From Eledone cirrhosa (Eukaryota), in contig OZ024750.1 in assembly GCA_964016885.1 (NCBI GenBank), positions 17,174,001 through 17,238,000 on the forward strand: 64,000 bases of DNA. Direction: 5' to 3'. Made by a program: the position numbers and the translations under genes. Below the pieces are notes generated by a model. The model saw only the letters and a list, made by a program, of their open reading frames with translations, did no database searches and was not told the DNA's origin. This document shows, in pieces, positions 53,470 through 64,000 of the stretch. Within the stretch, counting starts at the first letter, position 1. Each line of letters starts with the position of its first letter.

Positions 53470-53985
53470 CCAACATCACCAACACCAATATCACCATCAA
53501 CACCACCAACGCCAACACCACCACCAAGACCACCACCACCAACACCACCACCAACACCACCAACACCAACACTACCAAAAACACCACCACCAACACCACC
53601 AACACCACCACCAACACCACCAACACCAACACCACCACCAACACCAACACCACCACCAACACCAACACCAACACCAACACCACCAACAACACCACCAAGA
53701 CCACCAACACCAACACCACCACCAACACCACCACCAACACCACCAACAGCAACACCACCACCAACACCACCAAAAACACCACCAAGACCACCACCACCAA
53801 CACCACCACCACCAACACCAACACCACCACCAACACCACCAAGACCACCACCAACACCAAGACCACCACCAACACCACCAAAAACACCACCAAGACCACC
53901 AACACCAACACCACCTCCAAGACCACCACCAACACCACCAACACCACCACCAACACCACCACCAACACCACCACCAACACCAATA
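53432..53985. repeat. (ATC)n then (ACC/AAC)n microsatellite
   Basis: Visible trinucleotide repeats. Confidence 0.9.
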
Positions 53986-54131
53986 ATAACTGGAGGGGTG
54001 AAAGCGTGGAAATTCTTCAACAAGTGATGATTGAAATATGTATGTACTTCTCTCCCAACTGCACTCTTCAGTTCTGAGAGTCTGAGAGTGACCAAAGAAT
54101 ACTGATGACAGCATATAGTATTTCTGTCTGG

Positions 54132-54870
54132 TGGGGAGAAGTGGGGAGATGTAAGGGTGGAGGAGAGGGGAGAGAGGGGGAGAGGGGGAGAGGCGGGGAG
54201 ATGTAAGGGGTGGAGGAGAGGGGGAGAGGTAGGGAGAGGTGAGGAGAGGCGGGGAGATGTAAGGGATGGATGAGAGTGGGGAAGGGGGGAGATGTAAGGG
54301 GGGAGAGGTGAGGAGAGGCGGGGAGATGTAAGGGGTGGAGGAGAGGGGGAGAGGTGGGGAGAGGCGGGGAGATGTAAGGGGTGGAGAGAGGGGGAGAGGT
54401 AGGGAGAGGTGAGGAGAAGCGGGGAGATGTAAGGGGTGGAGGAGAGGGGGGAGGTAGTGAGAGGTGAGGAGAAGCGGGGAGATGTAAGGGGTGGAGGAGA
54501 GGGGGAGAGGTGGGAAGAGGCGGGGAGATGTAAGGGGTCGATGAGAGGGGAGAGGTGGGGAGAGGTGGGGAAAGGCGGGGAGATGTAAGGGGTGGATGAG
54601 AGGGGGAGAGGTGGGGAGAGGTGAGGAGAGGCGGGGAGAGGCGGGGAGAGGCGGGGAGATGTAAGGGGTAGAGGAGAGGGGGAGAGGTGGGGGAGAGGCA
54701 GGGAGATGTAAGGGGTGGAGGAGAGGGGGAGAGGTGGGGAGAGGCGGGGAGAGGCGGCGAGATGTAAGGGATGGAGGAGAGGGGGAGAGGGGGTAGAGAT
54801 CGGGGAGAGAAGGGGGCGGGAGAGGGAGAGGGAATGAGAGACAGGGAGAGTGAGAGGGGGATAGGGTATG
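54132..54870. repeat. G/A-rich degenerate minisatellite
   Basis: ggggagatgtaaggggtggaggagaggggg variants. Confidence 0.88.
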
Positions 54871-54959
54871 AGGTAGAGAAGTGGTGTTTTTTGAGGGGGG
54901 AGTGTTTGTGTGAGGAGGCGCGGGGGGGGGGTATGAGAGATGAAGTCTGTGTTAGAGAG

Positions 54960-55462
54960 ATTGAGTGTGTGTATTTGTCTGTGTGTGTGCGCGTCTGTCT
55001 GTCTGTGTGTATGTATGTGTGTGTGTGTGTGTGTGTCTCTATATGTATGTATGTGTGGGTGTGTCTGGGTGTGTATGCGTATGTGTGTCTGTCTATGCAT
55101 GTGTGTGTCTGTCTATGTGTGTGTCTGTGTGTGTGTCTGTGTGCGTATATGTGTGTGTGTGTGTGACTCTACGTGTGACAATAATGATGATAGTGAGTGA
55201 TGACGATGATGATGATTATGTTGACAAGAAGGATGATGATGATGACTATGTTGACGATGACGATGATGACAGCGCTGACGATGACGATGATGTCGATGAT
55301 GATGATGACGACGATGATGATAATAGCGCTGACGATAACAATGACGCTGATGATGATGACGATGATGATGATGATAGTGATGACGATAATGATGATGATG
55401 GGGACAAAAATGATGATGATGACACTGCTAACGATCACGATGATGATGGTGATGATGATGGT
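54960..55462. repeat. (TG)n then (GAT)n microsatellites
   Basis: Visible tracts. Confidence 0.88.
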
Positions 55463-55540
55463 TATCTACTTTCTTTTTGTTTTTACCATTTCGCTCTCGT
55501 GACCTCTTAACACCAGCAATAACCCCCCACCACCCCCACC

Positions 55541-58500
55541 CCCACACCACAGACTACTACCATATGAGACCCCCCTCCACACCACAGACTACTACCATAT
55601 GAGACCCCCCTCCACACCACAGACTACTACCATATGAGACCCCCCTCCACACCACAGACTACTACCATATGAGACCCCCCTCCACACCACAGACTACTAC
55701 CATATGAGACCCCCCTCCACACCACAGACTACTACCATATGAGACCCCCCTCCACACCACAGACTACTACCATATGAGACGCCCCTCCACACCACAGACT
55801 ACCACCATATGAGACCCCCCTCCACACCACAGACTACCACCATATGAGACCCCCCTCCACACCACAGACTACTACCATATGAGACCCCCCTCCACACCAC
55901 AGACTACTACCATATGAGAGCCCCCTCCACACCACAGACTACCACCATATGAGACCCCCCTCCACACCACAGACTACTACCATATGAGACCCCCCTCCAC
56001 ACCACAGACTACCACCATATGAGACCCCCCTCCACACCACAGACTACTACCATATGAGAGCCCCCTCCACACCACAGACTACCACCATATGAGACCCCCC
56101 TCCACACCACAGACTACTACCATATGAGACCCCCCTCCACACCACAGACTACCACCATATGAGACCCCCCTCCACACCACAGACTACCACCATATGAGAT
56201 CCCCACCCCCACACCACAGACTACCACCATATGAGACCCCCCTCCACACCACAGACTACTACCATATGAGAGCCCCCTCCACACCACAGACTACTACCAT
56301 ATGAGAGCCCCCTCCACACCACAGACTACTACCATATGAGACCCCCCTCCACACCACAGACTACTACCATATGAGACCCCCCTCCACACCACAGACTACT
56401 ACCATATGAGACCCCCCTCCACACCACAGACTACTACCATATGAGACCCCCCTCCACACCACAGACTACCACCATATGAGACCCCCCTCCACACCACAGA
56501 CTACCACCATATGAGATCCCCACCCCCACACCACAGACTACCACCATATGAGACCCCCCCTCCACACCACAGACTACTACCATATGAGAGCCCCCTCCAC
56601 ACCACAGACTACTACCATATGAGACCCCCCTCCACACCACAGACTACTACCATATGAGACCCCCCTCCACACCACAGACTACTATCATATGAGACCACAA
56701 TACCCCCAACCTCCACACCACAGACTACTACCATATGAGACCCCCCTCCACACCACAGACTACTACCATATGAGACCCCCCTCCACACCACAGACTACTA
56801 CCATATGAGACCACAATACCCCCCACCTCCACACCACAGACTACTACCATATGAGACCACAATACCCCCCACCTCCACACCACAGACTACTACCATAAGA
56901 GACCCCCCTCCACACCACAGACTACTACCATATGAGACCCCCTCCACACCACAGACTACTACCATATGAGACCCCCCTCCACACCACAGACTACTACCAT
57001 ATGAGACCCCCCTCCACACCACAGACTACTACCATATGAGACCCCCCTCCACACCACAGACTACTACCATATGAGACCACAATACCCCACCCCCTCCACA
57101 CCATAGACTACTACCATATGAGACCACAATACCCCCCACCTCCACACCACAGACTACTACCATATGAGACCCCCCTCCACACCACAGACTACTACCATAT
57201 GAGACCCCCTCCACACCACAGACTACTACCATATGAGACCCCCCTCCACACCACAGACTACTACCATATGAGACCCCCCTCCACACCACAGACTACTACC
57301 ATATGAGACCCCCTCCACACCACAGACTACTACCATATGAGACCCCCCTCCACACCACAGACTACTACCATATGAGACCCCCTCCACACCACAGACTACT
57401 ACCATATGAGACCCCCCTCCACACCACAGACTACTACCATATGAGACCCCCCTCCACACCACAGACTACTACCATATGAGACCCCCCTCCACACCACAGA
57501 CTACTACCATATGAGACCACAATACCCCCCACCTCCACACCACAGACTACTACCATATGAGACCCCCCTCCACACCACAGACTACTACCATATGAGACCC
57601 CCTCCACACCACAGACTACTACCATATGAGACCCCCCTCCACACCACAGACTACTACCAAATGAGACCCCCTCCACACCACAGACTACTACCATATTAGA
57701 CCCCCCTCCACACCACAGACTACTACCATATGAGACCCCCCTCCACACCACAGACTACTACCATATGAGACCCCCCTCCACACCACAGACTACCACCATA
57801 TGAGACCACCCCTCCACACCACAGACTACCACCATATGAGACCACCCCTCCACACCACAGACTACCACCATATGAGACCCCCTCCACACCACAGACTACT
57901 ACCATATGAGACCCCCCTCCACACCACAGACTACTACCATATGAGACCCCCTCCACACCACAGACTACTACCAAATGAGACCCCCCCCACACCACAGACT
58001 ACTACCAAATGAGACCACCCTCCACACCACAGACTACTACCAAATGAGACCACCCTCCATTCCACATACTACTACCATATGAGACCCCCCTTCACACCAC
58101 AGACTACTACCAAATGAGACCACCCTCCATTCCACATACTACTACCATATGAGACCCCCCTCCACACCACAGACTACTACCAAATGAGACCCCCCCCAAC
58201 ACCACAGACTACTACCAAATGAGACCACCCTCCACACCACAGACTACTACCAAATGAGACCACCCTCCATTCCACATACTACTACCATATGAGACCCCCC
58301 TCCACACCACAGACTACTACCAAATGAGACCACCCTCCATTCCACATACTACTACCATATGAGACCCCCCTCCACACCACAGACTACTACCAAATGAGAC
58401 CCCCCCCACACCACAGACTACTACCAAATGAGACCACCCTCCACACCACAGACTACTACCAAATGAGACCACCCTCCATTCCACATACTACTACCATATG

Positions 58501-61500
58501 AGACCCCCCTCCACACCACAGACTACTACCAAATGAGACCACCCTCCATTCCACATACTACTACCATATGAGACCCCCCTCCACACCACAGACTACTACC
58601 AAATGAGACCACCCCCACACCACAGACTACTACCAAATGAGACCACCCTCCACACCACAGACTACTACCAAATGAGACCACCCTCCATTCCACATACTAC
58701 TACCATATGAGACCCCCCTCCACACCACAGACTACTACCAAATGAGACCCCCCCCCACACCACAGACTACTACCAAATGAGACCCCCCCCCCCACATCAC
58801 AGACTACTACCAAATGAGACCACCCTCCACACCACAGACTACTACCAAATGAGACCACCCTCCATTCCACATACTACTACCATATGAGACCCCCCTCCAC
58901 ACCACAGACTACTACCATATGAGACCACAATACCCCAACACCTCCACACCACAGACTACCACCATATGAGACCCCCTCCACACCACAGACTACTACCAAA
59001 TGAGACCCCCTCCACACCACAGACTACCACCATATGAGACCACCCCTCCACAACACAGACTACCACCATATGAGACCACCCCTCCACACCACAGACTACT
59101 ACCATATGAGACCCCCCTCCACACCACAGACTACTACCATATGAGACCCCCCTCCACACCACAGACTACTACCATATGAGACCACCCTCCACACCACAGA
59201 CTACCACCATATGAGACCCCCTCCACACCACAGACTACTACCAAATGAGACCCCCTCCACACCACAGACTACTACCAAATGAGACCCCCTCCACACCACA
59301 GACTACTACCATATGAGACCCCCCCCACACTACAGACTACTACCATATGAGACCCCCCCCACACCACAGACTACTACCAAATGAGACCCCCCCCACACCA
59401 CAGACTACTACCAAATGAGACCCCCTCCACACCACAGACTACTACCATATGAGACCCCCCTCCACACCACAGACTACTACCATATGAGACCCCCCTCCAC
59501 ACCACAGACTACTACCATATGAGACCCCCCTCCACACCACAGACTACCACCATATGAGACCACCCCTCCACACCACAGACTACCACCATATGAGACCACC
59601 CCTCCACACCACAGACTACCACCATATGAGACCCCCTCCACACCACAGACTACTACCATATGAGACCCCCCTCCACACCACAGACTACTACCATATGAGA
59701 CCACAATACCCCAACACCTCCACACCACAGACTACTACCATATGAGACCACCCCTCCACACCACAGACTACTACCATATGAGACCCCCCTCCACACCACA
59801 GACTACTACCATATGAGACCCCCTCCACACCACAGACTACTACCAAATGAGACCCCCCCACACCACAGACTACTACCAAATGAGACCACCCTCCACACCA
59901 CAGACTACTACCAAATGAGACCCACCCTCCATTCCACATACTACTACCATATGAGACCCCCCTTCACACCACAGACTACTACCAAATGAGACCACCCTCC
60001 ATTCCACATACTACTACCATATGAGACCCCCCTCCACACCACAGACTACTACCAAATAAGACCCCCCCCACACCACAGACTACTACCAAATGAGACCACC
60101 CTCCACACCACAGACTACTACCAAATGAGACCACCCTCCACACCACAGACTACTACCAAATAAGACCCCCCCCACACCACAGACTACTACCAAATGAGAC
60201 CACCCTCCACACCACAGACTACTACCAAATGAGACCACCCTCCACACCACAGACTACTACCAAATAAGACCCCCCCCACACCACAGACTACTACCAAATG
60301 AGACCACCCTCCACACCACAGACTACTACCAAATGAGACCACCCTCCATTCCACATACTACTACCATATGAGACCCCCCTCCACACCACAGACTACTACC
60401 AAATGAGACCACCCTCCATTCCACATACTACTACCATATGAGACCCCCCTCCACACCACAGACTACTACCAAATGAGACCCCCCCCACACCACAGACTAC
60501 TACCAAATGAGACCACCCTCCACACCACAGACTACTACCAAATGAGACCACCCTCCATTCCACATACTACTACCATATGAGACCCCCCTCCACACCACAG
60601 ACTACTACCAAATGAGACCCCCCCCACACCACAGACTACTACCAAATGAGACCCCCCCCACACCACAGACTACTACCAAATGAGACCACCCTCCACACCA
60701 CAGACTACTACCAAATGAGACCACCCTCCATTCCACATACTACTACCATATGAGACCCCCCTCCACACCACAGACTACTACCAAATGAGACCCCCCCCAC
60801 ACCACAGACTACTACCAAATGAGACCACCCTCCACACCACAGACTACTACCAAATGAGACCACCCTCCATTCCACATACTACTACCATATGAGACCCCCC
60901 TCCACACCACAGACTACTACCAAATGAGACCCCCCCCACACCACAGACTACTACCAAATGAGACCACCCTCCACACCACAGACTACTACCAAATGAGACC
61001 ACCCTCCATTCCACATACTACTACCATATGAGACCCCCCTCCACACCACAGACTACTACCAAATGAGACCCCCCCCACACCACAGACTACTACCAAATGA
61101 GACCCCCCCCCACACCACAGACTACTACCATATGAGACCCCCTCCACACCACAGACTACTACCATATGAGACCCCCCTCCACACCACAGACTACTACCAT
61201 ATGAGACCCCCCCCCCCACACACCACAGACTACTACCAAATGAGACCCCCTCCACACCACAGACTACTACCAAATGAGACCACCCTCCACACCACAGACT
61301 ACTACCATATGAGACCCCCTCCACACCACAGACTACTACCATATGAGACCCCCCTCCACACCACAGACTACTACCATATGAGACCCCCTCCACACCACAG
61401 ACTACTACCATATGAGACCCCCCCCCCACACCACAGACTACTACCATATGAGACCCCCCCCCCCACACCACAGACTACTACCAAATGAGACCCCCTCCAC

Positions 61501-64000
61501 ACCACAGACTACTACCATATGAGACCCCCCCCCCACACCACAGACTACTACCAAATGAGACCCCCTCCACACCACAGACTACTACCATATGAGACCCCCC
61601 CCCCACACCACAGACTACTACCAAATGAGACCCCCTCCACACCACAGACTACTACCATATGAGACCCCCCCCCCACACCACAGACTACTACCATATGAGA
61701 CCCCCCCCCCACACCACAGACTACTACCAAATGAGACCCCCTCCACACCACAGACTACTACCATATGAGACCCCCCTCCACACCACAGACTACTACCATA
61801 TGAGACCCCCCTCCACACCACAGACTACTACCATATGAGACCCCCCTCCACACCACAGACTACTACCATATGAGACCCCCTCCACACCACAGACTACTAC
61901 CATATGAGACCACCCTCCACACCACAGACTACTACCATATGAGACCCCCCTCCACACCACAGACTACTACCAAATGAGACCACCCTCCACACCACAGACT
62001 ACTACCAAATGAGACCACCCTCCACACCACAGACTACTACCATATGAGACCCCCCTCCACACCACAGACTACTACCAAATGAGACCACCCCCCACACCAC
62101 AGACTACTACCAAATGAGACCCCCCCCCACACCACAGACTACTACCATATGAGACCCCCTCCACACCACAGACTACTACCATATGAGACCCCCCTCCACA
62201 CCACAGACTACTACCATATGAGACCCCCCCCCCCACACACCACAGACTACTACCAAATGAGACCCCCCTCCACACCACAGACTACTACCAAATGAGACCA
62301 CCCTCCACACCACAGACTACTACCATATGAGACCCCCCTCCACACCACAGACTACTACCATATGAGACCCCCCTCCACACCACAGACTACTACCATATGA
62401 GACCCCCCTCCACACCACAGACTACTACCATATGAGACCCCCCTCCACACCACAGACTACTACCATATGAGACCCCCTCCACACCACAGACTACTACCAA
62501 ATGAGACCCCCTCCACACCACAGACTACTACCATATGAGACCCCCCCCCCCACACCACAGACTACTACCAAATGAGACCCCCTCCACACCACAGACTACT
62601 ACCATATGAGACCCCCCCCCCCACACCACAGACTACTACCAAATGAGACCCCCTCCACACCACAGACTACTACCATATGAGACCCCCCCCCCACACCACA
62701 GACTACTACCATATGAGACCCCCCCCCCACACCACAGACTACTACCAAATGAGACCCCCTCCACACCACAGACTACTACCATATGAGACCCCCCTCCACA
62801 CCACAGACTACTACCATATGAGACCCCCCTCCACACCACAGACTACTACCATATGAGACCCCCCTCCACACCACAGACTACTACCATATGAGACCCCCTC
62901 CACACCACAGACTACTACCATATGAGACCACCCTCCACACCACAGACTACTACCATATGAGACCCCCCTCCACACCACAGACTACTACCAAATGAGACCA
63001 CCCTCCACACCACAGACTACTACCAAATGAGACCACCCTCCACACCACAGACTACTACCATATGAGACCACCCTCCACACCACAGACTACTACCATATGA
63101 GACCACCCTCCACACCACAGACTACTACCAAATGAGACCACCCTCCACACCACAGACTACTACCATATGAGACCCCCCCCCCCACACCACAGACTACTAC
63201 CATATGAGACCCCCCTCCACACCACAGACTACTACCATATGAGACCCCCCTCCACACCACAGACTACTACCATATGAGACCCCCCTCCACACCACAGACT
63301 ACTACCATATGAGACCCCCTCCACACCACAGACTACTACCATATGAGACCACCCTCCACACCACAGACTACTACCATATGAGACCACCCTCCACACCACA
63401 GACTACTACCAAATGAGACCACCCTCCACACCACAGACTACTACCATATGAGACCACCCTCCACACCACAGACTACTACCATATGAGACCACCCTCCACA
63501 CCACAGACTACTACCAAATGAGACCACCCTCCACACCACAGACTACTACCATATGAGACCCCCCCCCCCACACCACAGACTACTACCATATGAGACCCCC
63601 CCCCCCCACACCACAGACTACTACCAAATGAGACCCCCTCCACACCACAGACTACTACCAAATGAGACCACCCTCCACACCACAGACTACTACCATATGA
63701 GACCCCCCTCCACACCACAGACTACTACCATATGAGACCCCCCTCCACACCACAGACTACTACCATATGAGACCCCCCTCCACACCACAGACTACTACCA
63801 TATGAGACCCCCTCCACACCACAGACTACTACCATATGAGACCACCCTCCACACCACAGACTACTACCATATGAGACCCCCCCCCCCCACACCACAGACT
63901 ACTACCAAATGAGACCCCCTCCACACCACAGACTACTACCATATGAGACCACCCTCCACACCACAGACTACTACCAAATGAGACCACCCTCCACACCACA
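55541..64000. repeat. 35-bp C/A-rich minisatellite, about 240 copies, runs off the window
   Basis: Unit ccacaccacagactactaccatatgagacccccct; catat at 55561 and 55596. Confidence 0.97.

Noticed and set aside
54095-54135. CTGATGA followed by a cag/ctg stem
   Set aside because: No GAAA or stem III follows; not counted as an HHR.
53361-55510. Mucin-like Thr-rich, Gly-rich and Asp-rich ORFs
   Set aside because: Simple trinucleotide repeats with no supporting gene structure; the unique island 53986-54131 has an acceptor-like site but no recognisable peptide.
46205-64000. CRISPR-like regular arrays (47-bp, 35-bp)
   Set aside because: Head-to-tail repeats without unique spacers; no cas genes; eukaryotic context.

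Overview
Eukaryotic, extremely repeat-rich, apparently gene-free (intergenic or intronic) DNA. The SINE sequences and microsatellite load resemble octopod cephalopod genomes; this is inference from recall, not a database result. Over 40% of the window is minisatellite (63-bp, 35-bp, 47-bp, 29-bp and smaller arrays), and much of the rest is (TA)n, (CA)n, (GATA)n and trinucleotide microsatellite. Almost all ORFs in the track, including the 2854-aa one, are repeat artefacts. Supportable elements: about 12 copies of a tRNA-derived SINE in two length variants, a second SINE family, two hAT-type MITEs with TIRs and 8-bp TSDs, two decayed RTE-like LINE fragments, two Tx1-like LINE 3' ends embedded in (TATC)n, and a Penelope-like endonuclease C-terminal remnant. 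The main unexplained signal is that many short unique islands between (TA)n tracts carry type I hammerhead ribozyme (HHR) motifs from at least 8 unrelated sequence families. Many sit in fold-back palindromes (two folded exactly on HHR stem II), several have palindromic dimer-type stem III, two have very long stem II, and three share a CCGANGA (U4C) core. No host protein-coding gene, CRISPR array, rRNA or true tRNA could be supported.
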